Below are positions 15,045 through 31,812 of a stretch of DNA of 64,000 bases, in pieces. This DNA is from the human T2T-CHM13v2.0 reference genome, Homo sapiens. Where the stretch lies: assembly GCF_009914755.1 (NCBI RefSeq), contig NC_060935.1. The stretch is one strand, 5' to 3'. The notes under the pieces are model-generated. The model worked only from the letters and a program-made list of their open reading frames with translations, searched no databases and was not told the DNA's origin. The position numbers were made by a program, and so were the translations under genes. Each line of letters begins with the position of its first letter. Within the stretch, counting starts at the first letter, position 1.

Positions 15045-16444
15045 TAAATTATTATCTTATCAGATTGATTATAGAAAAGTCTCCACTTTTCAGATATGAG
15101 ACTTTGCTTTGTATCCCTAAATTAATTTGTGACCTAATCTACAATAGTGTAAATAGAGCAACATGGCAACATGCCCTCCCTTACCCAGAGGTCAGTGTTT
15201 CTTCAACCTCAACTTCCCAGAGTCCAGCCTAGAATGCAGAAGTGAGCAAATGAAACACTTTAAACACTCGAAGTAGCATCTGAGAGTTTCCACCATACAG
15301 TGACGACTTTCTCTTTATAGCCCCACTCAGAATTGGAAACTGACTCATTTCATTTACAATTTATGACAATCTTGGTTAACTTTTTCCCCTGGCCCAAAGA
15401 TGTTTTGGAGTAACAAACTACAAGTGAATTGGGAGAGCAGCTGGGAGCAGGCACAAGAAGAGCAGAAAAAAGCAACTGCCAACAGCTCAGTACAAAATAC
15501 AGACTGAAAGGCAAAAAGCAGACAAAGACTTTTGAGAGCGTAGAATTCAACAATGGCAGTTCATAACAGTGACCTGTAGCCACCCAGTGCATTAGGCGCA
15601 GAAAATTTGTATAGAGACTGAAAAGGCAGAAGTTGTTGTGATGCCTGGGTAGGTAAGCTCTTGTTTTTATAAAAATTTACTTATATGGGGATTTCATTCC
15701 TTAATAAAATAGGATAGCTGAGGCACTGCTAATGTAATTGAAGAGGGGCTCATTTCAGCACTTTTATTTGGTCATTTTTACATTATTTTCTGTTGAGTTC
15801 TTGCATAAAGGGTCTATGTGCCCAGAGAGGGCAGGCTCATGTGGGTTTTGCCCATGCGTCTATACTTTGCATAAACACAATGAGGTGCTTAATGAATGTC
15901 TGGTGATGATGATGATCAAGAGCTTAATAACAGGGTCTTCTCTAAAGGCTGATTAATGGGGCTTCAAGTTAATATCTTTTCATTCTCTCCTTGCACTCAT
16001 ATTTTTGGTGTGTGTATGGGAGTGTGGGGTAGAAGGACTATAAACTGAGTATCCATTGGAAAAAATGTAGAAAGGCTATCCTATTTAAAGAGTAGATAGC
16101 TTTTACAAAATAATTGCTGGTGGTGAAATAAGATGTCCAAAATTGTATTCCTATGACACATTCCATTATTTGGACATATCTTATTTAGCCAAACTCCATT
16201 TCCAAGATTGTATAATCATACTTGCTATTTACAACATCTGAAATGGATCTGCAAAGTTAAGTGATCTTTGGTTCAATCAATGAATTATCTTGCAATAGAC
16301 CTATGTGCTAGAAAACCAAGTGGTGCTGACAGCTACTGTGATCCTACAGTTCTGCCATGCCACACACAGGCCATTTAATTTTCTACTTGAATATAGCAGG
16401 TGGTAACTCTTCAGTCACCCGCTCTCATCTACCAGTTAGTTTAA

Positions 16445-16748
<304 letters not shown>

Positions 16749-17299
16749 CAGTTAGTTTAACTCTTATTACCATTAAGTCAAGCATAAAAACAATAAAACT
16801 AACCCTGCCCTAAACAGGATCCACTCACCAGTTTCCTTGCTGCCATCCACTGTGCCATCATTTTTCCAGATTTAATGTGCGGGAAGTCATCTTAGATCTG
16901 CCCCTCCCGCAGCCTCCTCAAATCCATTTTTAGTGACAACGTTCTATAGCTCTTCTGAGTCACATGTGTCTTTTATCTCTCCACTTTTCACTATTGTCTT
17001 TGTCTAAGCTCTTAGGCTTCTTACCTCTTGGATAACTTCAGCAGCTTCCTGACTAGCTTCCCCCTCTCTGGTTACTTCCTTCTCCAGTCCACCTAGAATT
17101 TCATTAACAGGATAATTTTCTTTAAAATCTGCTTTCAATTTATCATGCCCTAAGCCCAAAATCTTCACTGGAAACTTATATCATTTCATATTTATGAGTC
17201 CATAAATATGAGAAAAACTCCGTAAGCAGGAAAACATTATAGACTTGCCATCGTCACAGTAACGACTCTTCCTGGATGTGACATAATGTGACCCATCTT

Positions 17300-18440
17300 C
17301 CCCGAAGTATAACCTGATTTGAAGCTGCTGACCAACATGCCACATTGGGCCCTGGTTAGGTCAGGCTTATCACTGTCAGCGAGCACATCCTATTCTTCCT
17401 GCACCACTCTTCCCTCCAGGGGCTGAATAAAAGTACAGGCAGGAGTTTTTTATATTGTGAAATGACCAGACCTACATGGTTTTCCCAAGAGCTCTGTTCT
17501 TGACCCCCTGTCTTGTTTATTTTATTAAAGCCTTGGATGAAAATAGATTACATTCTTATCAAATTTGCAGATATTGAAAATGGGAGGGAAACAAAAGCTA
17601 TGCCAGATGACAAGATCAAAGCTCAAAGAGAACTCCAACAAGAGGTCAAAATGAAGAGCACCAAATGTGACATAAATAAATACATTTTGAATGTTAGATT
17701 CAAAGCTCCAACTGAACTGGGTGGGGGAAGACTCCGTACAATTATTATTCTAAAAAAATTCTCAGGAGAGAAGGTCAGGATAAGGGTGAGAGGGCATGGC
17801 TTATTTACAAGGAAAAGATGAACAAAGTCAAGTGTTTTGCTTCCAAAATGGCCAATGCACACTTAGGCTTAGTTAATAGACTTACATTGGCTAAAAGAAG
17901 GGAGGGGCTAGCTACATGGTGTTCTTCACTGATGGGACAGCTCAAGAATATTTTCAATTCTGGTTTCTGTGTCAGTTGACAAATACATGGAGAATTATGA
18001 AGGATCTAGAAATCATACATATAGTATAGACATAGATTTATAAAGAAATACATATATAGATTTATAAAGAAATACATATAATGTATAGATTTATAAAGAA
18101 ATACATATAATGTATAGATTTATTCATGTTTAACCTGAAAGAAGTGACATCAACAAAGGATGCAATGTCAGTGTTTTGAAGGACTATCTGAGTAGATTTC
18201 CTCCCTGCAGCTAAGGAGGTAGGAACTAAACCCATGGGTGAAAGTTTGGAGGAGGTAAACTTTGGCTCAATAAAAAATATTATTTTCTATCCATGAGAGA
18301 CATAAAGCAGTGGAATAAGATGTCTTGAGAAATTAACTTCTTATGACTAGAAGCTTTCAAGTATAGACTGAGTGACATCATCACAGAAATTTTTTTGGCA
18401 TTCTTGGAGTGCAGAAAGTTAGACTAGATAACCTGAAGAC
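17300..18440 (+). mobile_element. L3/CR1 remnant
   Basis: cttatcaaatttgcagat and other CR1 RT/3'-like segments. Confidence 0.55.
18032..18123. repeat. Minisatellite, 24-29-bp unit atagatttataaagaaatacatat(aatgt), about 3.3 copies
   Basis: Direct reading. Confidence 0.9.
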
Positions 18441-18906
18441 TATCTTCCTTTCATCTCTAAGGTGTAATATTAGTCCCCACACCTGTAAAGCCCTCTCCTC
18501 TCCCATCTCTACACAACACTTATCATATTTGCTTTCCACTGACAGACATCTCTGGCTTTCTCACCAGACTGGGAACTCTTTGAAGGTAGAGATTCTATTT
18601 TTTATCTATATATCCCTGGCTTCTAGCATGATTCCTTAAGGAGCTGAGGTACTCAATATATTTCACTGAATTAACTGAATTATGAAGTTCTACTAAAAAA
18701 ATTCTATCTTCCCTTCAATGTCCAGCACAAATTTCCACTTTCCACAGAAAGCCTTCCCTGATCACTCCTACAGGATATATTCTGTGTCAGACAATTTGCC
18801 ACATGTAATTTTCTGTTTCTTTCTGGTATGATGTTGTTTACTATGTGCCATTTCTATTATCCCAACTAGATGATCAGTTCCCAATGAACAAAAGAATACC
18901 CATTCA

Positions 18907-19279
18907 TGATCTCATGGAGGTAGAGAGTACAATGACGGTTAACAGAGGCTGAGAAGGACAGTGGGGAGAAGGAATAAAGAGGGGTTCATTAATTAGTACA
19001 AAATACAATTAGATAGAAGAAATAAGATCTAGTACTCAATAGCATAATAGGTTGACTATAGTTAACAATAATTTATTATATACTTCAAAGTAACTAGAAG
19101 AGTAGACTTGGAATGTTCCCAACACAAAGAAATGATATATATTTGAGGCGATGGATATCCTATTACCCAGATCTGATCAGTGATACACATTGCATGCTTG
19201 CACCAAAATATTATATGCACCCCACAAATATGTACAACCATTATGTATCCATAAGCATAAAAAATAAAATAAAATAAAT
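18907..19279 (+). mobile_element. L1MA 3' end
   Basis: gatctcatggaggtagagagt...aataagatctagt...A-rich tail. Confidence 0.8.
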
Positions 19280-19399
19280 ACCATTTTAACATTATGCCTT
19301 ATTGCTGTGCTCAGCACAGAACTGGCTACTGATAATGTGCTTACTGATTGATTGAAAGGTAATATTGTGGAAGGTTTTGGTGTTAAATAATCATATTCC

Positions 19400-19965
19400 A
19401 CTTATTAATTACAAAGAGAAAAATGGTAACTTTATAGTGGAGAAAAGTGAGAGATAGAACCTTAACCAAGTAATCAAAATTTACATCACCTAGGAGACAA
19501 CATCTTGCCATAATCGACCCTGAGAAGATGCACTGAAAAGGGCACATCATTGCTTGGGTGGTGTTTCTGCCAAAAATGAATAATCTCCATCTAATCACAA
19601 GGAAACATCAGACTAAACCCAAACTGAGGGACAGTCTGCAGATATCTGACCAGTAGTAAGCCAGAGAAAAGCTGAGACACTGTCACAGATTGAGACTGGG
19701 CAAATGTGACACTACATGCAAAGTGGGATCTTGGATTGGATCCTGGACCTGAAAAAGGGCATCTATGGGAAAGGTTGAGAAATTCTAATGAGGTCTGTAG
19801 ATTAGTCAGTAGTAGTATAACCATGTTAACTTCCTGGCTTGGATACTATGGTTATGAAGATGTTAACTTTAGGGGAAGCTAGATGAAGGCTCTATGAGAA
19901 CACTGCATTATTTTTGCACCTTGTCTATAAGTGTAAAATTACTTCAGAATAAAACGTTAAATAAG
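19400..19965 (+). mobile_element. L1MC/ME 3'UTR fragment
   Basis: attaattacaaagagaaaaatggtaactttatagtggagaaa... Confidence 0.65.
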
Positions 19966-20044
19966 ATTTATGAGTTTGGTTTTCAACTTGATTGAGGATC
20001 CAAACAACGAAGGCAGCTACCGTGAACCAAAATGAATAAGGTGC

Positions 20045-20597
20045 ACTCCATTCTTGTTATTCGCGATAGCTGTGTTCTACATGGTTGCTGCAAATAGCGA
20101 ATTAACAAATACTAAAGCATTGCCCCTAGGGGAAATACAGGGTTCGTTTCCTAAAAGCCTCTGGCCACATTTTTGTCAACTGATCAATACACAACATTGT
20201 TTTATGTGTGTTTCTGTTTAAAGACATCTTATTTAATATGTATTGTTGATTCATTAACAATGAACTCATAGCTAAAAGCCCTGTAACTCATGCCGGAATG
20301 AAGTTTATTAGCCACATATTTTCCTCATCAGGCACATCACAACCTTCTTATGCTTAGGAACTCTAGCCAGCACTTCAACATTACACTTGGGAGTCATTTT
20401 AAACAGCAAAATCATCAACAGAAAGCATACAAATGCAAATAACAGTGGCATCAGGTGACACAAATTTTTCACCACTCTGCACATGTCCATAAATGATTAC
20501 AGAAGTTCTGCAAGTATTAATTTGGGGATTTCAAATACATTTTAGTGAGTGGGCTAACTCACAATATGGAATCTATGGATAATGAGGATTGACTGTA
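20045..20597. mobile_element. MER82-like Tigger DNA transposon
   Basis: cctaggggaaatacaggg...; ends gataatgaggattgactgTA. Confidence 0.75.
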
Positions 20598-21199
20598 CCT
20601 ATAAACACATGCAATGATTGTGAACTTCTTGGCTGTCACCTTGAGTCAATAAGAAAATAAGTATAATGATATTTGCATTTGAAATGATAAAAGGAATTCT
20701 TGAAAGATTAGCAACTTAGTAAGTAACTTAGTTCTATTTCACTTTATGGTCTTTTCCCCCATCCTGACTACACTGAGGATTTCTCTAGTATCCTGGCTTC
20801 ATCAATGCTAGTGATATTTGTCTCCTTTCCATTTTAGTCATCGGTATACACAGCCACAACCTGAACTTCAGTGTCAGTATCCCCAACTGCTTCACCTTCA
20901 GGAAATCCCTTCCTAATTACCACATATCCCACTATGCACTTCTATTGAATCTATTCAACTCCTACTTATGGCCTAAAAACAAAAACTCCTACTTATTCCC
21001 CCAGCCAATCACTCTCTTCTAGCTGTGCTTTATTTAGTCAGCAATACTTGGGAAGTTACTTTGATGATGCTTTCACTAGCACCCCACAATCTACTATCTT
21101 TTGATCTTTTACAAGTTTTTATCTTGCAAACTATGATCGCGGTAATCAGTTTGGTTTTTTTGTGTCCATTGCTGGTCTGCCAACTATTTCTGCAAAAAT

Positions 21200-21990
21200 T
21201 CACAAACACATATTGTTTAAATGCAAAATAAATTAATTTACCTAATCAACTTTCAACAAGTCTTCATTGTTCTTATTCTTATTGATCTACTTGAAATCCA
21301 ATTGCACAGACAGGATCTGCCAAATATTCCCTCCTTTCTACACACACTGCCAACACTCTATTTCAGACTGATACATAGATCACCTGAGCCTATAAGTTCC
21401 TAACTAGTCTCTCCACATCCTGTCCTGTCCACTTTATAAGCTAATTAATCATCTAAAGTAGACAGTTAATCAACCTACATGCTCCCCATAGCTACCTGGC
21501 AAAAGTTCAAACACCTTTACATGGCATTCAAATTCTTCTATGAACTGACTTCAGATTACTTGTAAAGCCTTTTCTTCTACTAAACCTATTTGCAAACTAT
21601 GTCTCAGCCCAAATAGACTCTTTGCATTCTCAAGGACGTCTTATTTCTCTCTAATCAAGTCCCTTGTCTGCACTTTTCTCTTTATGTGGAATATTTTGCC
21701 CCCCTCATCTCTGTCCATCAAAATTTTACCTGTTCTTCAAGCCCCAGTTCAAAGTACATTTCTCCATGAAGCCTACTCTGATTTTACAACTGGAAATAGT
21801 CTCTTCCTTGGATTCGCCACAGCACTTTGGAACTGCAATTAACGCATTTGTATTTGTAATTATTTTATTCTTCCCACTACATTTCAAGATCGTTGAGAGC
21901 AGAAAATACCATTTCAATCTTGCATTTACCATAGCACCTAGCATAAATGCTCAGTAAAGTACTATTTAATACATGAATGAATGAATAAAT
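21200..21990 (+). mobile_element. L2 remnant
   Basis: L2 3' end tagcacctagca...gaatgaatgaataaat. Confidence 0.65.
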
Positions 21991-23509
21991 GTGCCTCTCA
22001 TATGCTTAATATGTATGTAATACATAATGTATAGATATATGCACATATACATGTAACCTCTGTATAACAGTTAAAATTGAACAAGGTCCAACACATTGTC
22101 AATGGACCATATTATTGGTAGATTAAAACTGTAAGTAGACATAGGAAAAAAGAGAAAACAAGAGTGGTAAATTAAGAATTATTTGACAGGCCAAAATAAA
22201 ATCGACTGAGAAAACTTATGTGTGATTAACTATTATAACATTAACTTTTTAGGCAGGGTTGTATTGAAATCTTCCCAGATATAGAAATTTATGTACTTTA
22301 TTCCTAGGAACCCAAAATAAAACATAAGAATAAACATATCCAATGAATCAAATTGAATAGACATTGCTAGACACAGTTAATACTATAATTGCACATCACT
22401 TAACTTGAAGGACTTTTCAATTATGATTAAATGAAAAAAAAGTAACTCATTCTTTATTCTCTATTTCATTTGCACAGTGAATACTAACAAAATAAATTGC
22501 CATCATTACCATCACTATCAACATCATCATAAAATGTATTTCTTAGTTAAAAAAAAAAACTTCAAAAACTGTACTAAGAGATGTAGCTCTGTAGGAAGGT
22601 ACAACTGTAGAAGTTTAGTAACATCAAAGCAAAGCAATTTATCAATTTCATGAATATGATGGTTTTATTTACATCTAATGAACAATATAGAAAAGGGTAC
22701 ATCAAGGCCCAGCCATTTAACAAGGGACATTTCTCCCCAGTAAGTTTTGTTTTGTTGCAGGAAAATTGAATGTGATTACTCTAAAATTTTAAAAAAAAAT
22801 TAGGTAATGAAAATAAGTCAGTTCTGTACTGATAAGCATTAAAATATTTCTTCCTGAGGTATTTTCTATATACTTATGGTTTAATGAACCCTTTAATTTC
22901 TGGTGATTCCCAACATGCTAAGGTAACTTTTCAAAAGCTAAGCCTCAACTGCAGCCTAGTGTCATTGGCTGTTGAACGTGTTTCAGATTGGATCATGTGC
23001 ACTGAAGCAACAGCAGAACGAAAGGTGAAAATTCTGTAGATGCTAAAAGAAACCTCTACGGAACTTACACGAAGGGTATAAAGGAGACCTGAGATTAACA
23101 TTTCCTAAATCATAGACTTGTGAAAAATTGCTTGCCAAAAGAAAACTTTGTATAAGTGAACAGACACTTATTGAGCACCTATTTGAGTCAACCTGGGAAT
23201 AAAAAGATGGTTAACATGGTGTCTATCCAATCAAACAATTCAAAAAACTATACAAAATAGACATATATAACATTGAGTATCATATACTATGATATGTTAG
23301 TTGTTTAAATAAAGTATTCTGTGAAAACAAAAGAAAGAGCTGTCTAAGGGAGGGGAGAAGGAAACAGAGAAAAAGGCTAGTCTTTGACCTAGGCTTCAGA
23401 GGACACAAACAGCCCAAACAACATATCCTCAACCTTGAGTGTAGCCTTCAATAGAAATCCAAGTTTTAGGATAATTCCAAAGCATGATATATGAAAGTGA
23501 TTGAGATTA

Positions 23510-23650
23510 AAGATATATCATAAATATCTGAAGTGATGAGTATGCTAATTAGCCTGATTTGACCATTCCACATGTATAGGTGTCAAAACATTCCATTGTA
23601 TTCCAAAAGTATATACAACTATTTGTCAATTTAAAATAAAATAAAACTTA
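23510..23650 (+). mobile_element. L1MA 3' terminal fragment
   Basis: gtgatgagtatgctaattagcctgatttgaccattccac...aaaataaaataaaa. Confidence 0.65.
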
Positions 23651-23778
23651 GAAAAGATAAATCCCAGGTAGAATGTGTGATGAGACACTGAATGAAGTTA
23701 ACAAAATGAATTATGTTTATTGGGATGGTATTCTCGCTTAATAAACCTTAAGACTCTGCAAGATAAGGAATATATTAT

Positions 23779-24139
<361 letters not shown>

Positions 24140-24194
24140 TCATCATCTGATACAGAAGAAGTTGAGAGTGACTTACTGGGGCTTTTAGCATTTA

Positions 24195-24615
24195 CAGGTG
24201 ACTCTTCAACATGGGTTTGAACTTCATGAGTCCACTTATAAGCAGATTTCCTTCTGTCTCTGCCACCCCTGAGACAGCAAGACCAACCCCTCCTCTTCCT
24301 CTCCCTCCTCAGCCTACTCAATGTGAAGATGACAAGAACGAAGACTTTTATGATGACCCACTTCCACTTAATGAATAGTAAATATATTGTCTCTTCTTCA
24401 TGATTTTTTAAAAACATTTTCTCATCTGTAGCTTACCTTATTGTGAGAATCTAGTATATAATACAGATAACATACAAAATATATGTTAATCAACTGTTTA
24501 TGTTATTGGTAAAGCTTCCAGTCAACAGTGGGCTATTAGTAGTTATGTTATACTTGGATTTTCCACTGTGTGCGGGTTGGTGCCCCGAACTCCTGAGTTG
24601 TTCAAGGGTTGGCTG
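24195..24615. mobile_element. Tigger2a-like DNA transposon
   Basis: TA|cag...ctg|TA ends; internal cagcctactcaatgtgaagatgac. Confidence 0.8.
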
Positions 24616-25278
24616 TACTATACAGAGAGAGTAGAAAAATGATCACCTTTTAAGAAATGCTTTAGCTTAAGGATAAGCAACATAATCAATCGTGCCATGA
24701 GCTATGGGCTGCCAGAAAGTAATGCGTTATATTTAGAAGGCTTTCTCCTCAGTACTCAAATAGAAGAGATTTCCAAATTATAAATCAGGATTCTGGAAGC
24801 AGAGAGCGCGATGGCTGGGCCAAGCCTCAGATAGAATTCCTTGCTACCATCATTTTCATCAGAACAGACCAGCATCCAGACACCTCCTCTGAAAATAAAG
24901 AGTGGCCTGAAGTTTATCCTATATTACCTTAGAAACACAATCTACAGACAATATGGATTATCTATACCTTCTTAATAGGTATAATTTAGCTACATTCTTT
25001 TAACCACTGTATGCAAGTGTTGGGCAAGTAATCAGCTGAGAAGCCCTAAGCCCTCTGGAAGCAAGACTTTTTGACTGTCCCTATATTTACTTGTAAGAGG
25101 CCCAAAGCCAGGTATGAAGGAGATTCAATTACAGAAAAATTTAAATCAATGGCCACAATAAAAACAGCTTTGATTTTTGGTCCCAGATAGGCCATTTGAA
25201 GTATTACCTGATGGGGAAAACCTAAAATGCTTGTACAACATAGAGGGTAAAAAAGAGTTCTTAAAAAACTTGTCTTTG

Positions 25279-25433
25279 AGGGTGGGAGTGGGGGTGAAAG
25301 ATAATAGACTACACATTGGGTACAGTGTACACTGCTCAGGTGACAGGTGCACCAGGATCTCAGAAATCACCACTAAAGAACTTATCCTTGTAACCAAAAA
25401 CCACCTGTTCCCCCAAAACTATCGAAATTTTTT
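25279..25433 (+). mobile_element. L1PB 3' terminal fragment
   Basis: tgggtacagtgtacactgctcaggtga...ctaaagaactta; TSD taaaa.a.ttgtctttg. Confidence 0.8.
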
Positions 25434-25452
25434 AAAAGAGTTGTCTTTGCTA

Positions 25453-25850
<398 letters not shown>

Positions 25851-26952
25851 CTACATTCTTAATAAAGTAGAAATGCACGGTGATTATGCTTTACTTATCA
25901 TGCTGGCATTTTTCTAGCAATTTTTATTTTTCTATCATTCCCAACATTTTTAATTTTCCATGTATCTGGGATAGAATGTGGAATTAAAATAAAAATTAAA
26001 ACAAATCTCTGTCTAAGAGCTTTCTTGAAGTATGACAAAGGTTTAGGGACAAGCCGTTTGTAATTCGCTGATGGCAGGAAAACTAATTCACTACTGGAGA
26101 ATTCTGACATCTAAAATCTACATACTGATATGCTGGAGGGGAATGAGAGAGAATGTCTATGATTTTAATTTACTTAACCTATTTAGAAAAAAAAAAGTCA
26201 TTTGAGTCATCCTGGCTCACTTTCTTTAGCATTAGTCAGATTGCATTTCCTTAAGCCTGCGAGTGTGTTTCTATGTAAATAAACTATGTAGTTCACTTGG
26301 GGATAAAAGTCACAGTATTTAGAGATTATAAAGACCTATTAGATCATCCGGTCTGGCCCACAAGAGATAATCCCTAGATAGGGAACATAACTGTTGATCT
26401 TTGCCAAGAAGCCAAGAAGAAACAGTTGGTAAAAATATTTTCCATACTTTTTTTTTTTCATTTTAACTTATCTAATAGTGCTTCAGTCACTTCCCAAGTG
26501 GACTAGTAAAATGATCATGAAACAGTTCAGCTTATCAGGGAGATGCAAAGTTTAACTTATCTGAATTGACAATGGTCCACCCTCCTCCATTTGTTAAAGA
26601 AATGCTCTTGTTTGCAAAATGTGAACAGTGAAGAATCTGCTCTTTGAACTAGCCAGGCAGTTTCCTTTCAGTTAAGAAAGTCAAAAGGCAAGTTGTACCT
26701 CACTGGTTTTCTTAACCTACTTTCACTAATTTCAGAGAAATTAGATATTAAAACAGGAATCTGTACAGAGTAGAAAATGAATGATACATTTACAATTTAC
26801 TGCTTTACAAACCAAAGTATTTTCCATCTTTATTTTCTATATTACATAAAATATGAAATATTATTGAAACTTGAAGTATACAGAAGTTTGGCATTAGGGT
26901 AAAAGTCAAAGTGACTCGGCAATATGAACCTTAAGAAATAAGAATTTGCTTA

Positions 26953-27402
<450 letters not shown>

Positions 27403-27665
27403 CTAGTTCTTAAATCCTGCTTTGATCACCCTACGTGTTTTCCCTACTGAGATTATATTCAGAAAATTGTCAATATTCCTGAAGAGGTGAAAGTCACACA
27501 CACGTACAGAAATAGGAAAAACTAACGAATAGTAGGGGATGAGCTGGTAACGTTAAATTAAAAGTTAGAAAAACTGGATCTAAACATTTAAAGCAGAATT
27601 ATTTCTTATCAGCTAAACACAAATCAACCTAACCCAGGAAGGAAATTTTCTATTTTTATTCAGTT

Positions 27666-27774
27666 AGAATTTCCAGAGTCGGTATGATAGTTGTATCATG
27701 AGAGATTATATTCCATTAGAAATGCTGTTAAAAAAAATAGTGTGGCCCTTGACTTCTTAAAGTCTACATCCTAA
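27666..27774 (+). repeat. Copy 2 of the 110-bp direct duplication
   Basis: Matches 26953-27062. Confidence 0.95.
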
Positions 27775-28049
27775 GTCAAGAGCTTATATTTATTTAAGCC
27801 TATAACAAATTTGAGGATTTCAGAACTCAGTGAGACTCTCCATGTGCACTGAGCATGCACTGTGAGCTAAGCCCTTTGCCAGGTTTTGCAAGAAATCATA
27901 AAGGCAGTATTAGATATGGTCTCTGCCCTTCCAGAGCTTACAGTATGAGAGGGAAGATAAATATCTACTCCTCCGACCCTCATCTCCCACACATGATGAA
28001 AAGTGAGTGACTAACTTCTGCTATCTCATTTACATTGACCTCAGATGGT

Positions 28050-28520
28050 GAATCAGAGTCTAGACAAGAAAATCACACATGTACATGGGGAAACTGAGGA
28101 AAGTTTAATGAAAGGATAATTTGTAAAGATTGGACAGAGTTAAGAGGGACCAAGAAGAGATGGTGAAGTGTCCCAGGACTAACAATAGCAGGAAGTCCTT
28201 ACACCCAAAGGCCTGAAAGAGCAAGAAGAGGGAGTAGTTATCAGAGGCCAGAGAGAGAGCTGAAACTGCAAGAGATGGCCTCTCTCAGGAAGGAATAAAG
28301 CTAGGTCCTCTCTGTAGCCTACAGGAAGTGAGTCAGGGGCATTTAGTACCCTAACCTCTGTCTTCAGTACCCTAACCTCTCTCTTCACTTTCTCTCTAAT
28401 CTCTCCCTGTTGACTTACTTGGGCCAAACACACTCAGAAGGCGGTGGGCAAAAGAGACTGTTGAGGCAATGCATGAAGGTGCGCCTCTGAGAGCGTAGAG
28501 CTAGATAGAAAACGGTAGAG
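28050..28520. mobile_element. Old ERVL-type LTR (LTR33-like) with an internal 21-bp tandem duplication (28345-28386)
   Basis: gaggaaagtttaatgaaagga...cccaggactaacaatagcaggaag; agtaccctaacctct(g/c)tcttc x2. Confidence 0.5.
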
Positions 28521-28906
28521 AAAAGATCTGGCAAGGCAGGCAATGGCCAACAGAGCTGGATGAATTTAGAGCCACCCAAGCTTACAGGATAAATATATGC
28601 TATATCCAGAAGTAAACATTTGGATAGATCGGTTAAGAGTAATGCTTTATTTGCAACAGAACATTTTGGCACTTTCCCATTAGATAAGATCAGTCAATGT
28701 TAACATAAGCTTCCAACTTAAGCCACAGAACATAAATGGTGAACTCTAGTTTAACCAATATTCTGCCAAGTGAGGTCTATAATTTGTACTTTTATGTGTC
28801 AACTAATTATACAAGATAAATTTGGTTTTATAACACTGACCTTGAAGCATACAGGATTCAGAATAACTTATAAATCTTAGGAGATGTTAAATTGTATTTA
28901 AAACAG

Positions 28907-29264
<358 letters not shown>

Positions 29265-31504
29265 TAAAAACTGGTCATTTGTATATCTCATACATGGCAA
29301 TTCTATTAAAAACTATATTGATTAACCAGAAAACTCTGCTTCTTGGTCATGGCAAATAATAAAAAGTTTACTTTCCATAAATTCATTTTGCACCTTTCTC
29401 TTCAGTCTTTGGGGGATATACTATCCTTTAATTATGCTTCATTCAATATGTGTTTTGCAGATTGGTTCCAGTATATCAGTAGCACTTCGTTACTCAATAA
29501 TAAAAAGCTACAAATAGATTAAAAGACTCTCAAGCCCCTCGAGGATTTAGAACACACACCACGAATGTTCCATTTATGCTTTGAAGTTGCTTATTGGCAG
29601 CTGAGCAGGAGCAGTATGTTGCTCTAACACTGCAGGCTCACCATGGAGCATCATGCATCCCAATTTGGAATTCAAGTTATGACTTGAATCCTATACATTT
29701 TATTCAAATATAAAAATGGCAACCACAGAACACTTGAGGCCTTATTCATCAAACAGAATTCATCACTGAGTCATTCTGGAATTGCTGTCTTTCTTTCCTG
29801 GACTTGATGAACTTTGATACATGAAATTTGGCTGCCCTTGGTACAATTCAATCAACAATTAGAGCACTAGAATTGCAGTGATCAGCCTGGTTTGGAAACA
29901 TGTCTAAAAGTTTTTGATTCAATGTAAAAGCTGAATGTGTGTCCCACTCCTCTTTCCCCACTCCCCTCATCAAAGCCCTCACAGTCATATGACAGCAGGA
30001 CTTAGCAGTAATAAATAATGTATATCCCTCAAATGTTTCAAAGACTATATATAATATAAAAAGTGATAATTATTTGTGGGATCCGAACTGTGCAGATAAC
30101 CCTGAAAATGGATTCCTGACCCAGAATTTTTTTTTTTAATCACAGAGAGAAAAGTCTTTAGCACTTGAAGAAATGGGACATCTTAATTTTAGCTTCTGAT
30201 CACAGTTTATAAACTATAAAACAAATTTCTTTTTAAAGTCTTATAGGAACAAGAAGTGATCTTGACTAAGATTCCCCTGAGATAGCCTCGCAAGTGAACA
30301 GATAATAAGATCACAAAAATGTGTTTGCCTGTGATCTTTAGATGGCCACACACAGCACACAGTCTACTTTCAGGTAATTTTCAAGTAAAAATCTCAGTGT
30401 AATCATAATGTATTGATTTGTTTTGCCTTGGTTCCTTTTCACAAATATATTGATCCACATTCCTTCTACCTGAAGCACTCAGAAGAGAAAGGCAAGATGC
30501 ACAAAGTAGGATAAGTCAGAAAGAGGTGGCTATGTTATCAAACATTTATTTGGATCACATTTTAGGAAATACCCCATAAAGTCTCTACTGTGCTTATTCA
30601 AAGAGTCCTCTTTCCCTGAATTTGTATCTTGAGAAGTTAAGTCTCATTTTCCCCTGCCAGAACTGGAACGATTTATTAAAGCAACAGAAAGAAAATGAAA
30701 AAGACAGAATCCATCTTCTAGACAAGGCTCAAGCCATATTAAACATGACGCTACGTGAATTTCTCCCCTCCTCCACCCTCCTTAATGCACCATATAGAGA
30801 GGCTCTCATGCTGTAAAGATGTCATATATACTTTCTCTTCACTCAAAGCTTCCTGAATAAAGAGAGATCTATTTGTCTCCATGGTGTTTTCGCCATTAAC
30901 AGTATCAGAGCTGCAGGAACACAATGGGAGATGTGTTTTCCGTTAACCTCTTGACTCAGAGATGTCCTGATGCTAAACGTTATTGCATTTTGCATTAGCA
31001 CAGAACAGTGGGAGTTCTGTGACTGATGTAAAAGGGTTGAGAAGGGCCACAGAAGCTCTCATGTGCTCCATACTGCAGTTGGCGGTGGAGCACGAAGCAC
31101 ATAATTTTTGTTCAGAAAGAGCACAAACGGGAACCAGGGAAGGAGGTGGTGAATCTGACACAGTCCCTCCTGTTCACCACTGAGATAATCTACACTGTAA
31201 AATGATATTCAGTGTCTGATCATAGACATTAACTTGGCAGAAACTAATTTACTTTTCTTTATTACCTTAGCCATCAGCAAACCACGGAACGAACAAGGGG
31301 ATTAATATTTACTTTCTTCTCAGGCTACTTTTTCCATTGCCTTAATATGGCCTTCAGCGTTAGTAGTTTGATGTGGCAACCATTACTGAAAATGTTCCTT
31401 ACTATTCTGCTCATGTCCCTTTGACAGTGCAGAGATAGAATTGGGGAAATACCCTTCCACGCTATAAGACAAGGAGGATATGTAGTCTAAGAAGTAAGAG
31501 TCGT

Positions 31505-31812
<308 letters not shown>

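Noticed and set aside
28058-28065. Perfect SMAD palindrome GTCTAGAC (MIR100HG is reported as TGF-beta inducible)
   Set aside because: A single 8-mer is expected about once per 64 kb, and it lies at a repeat edge.
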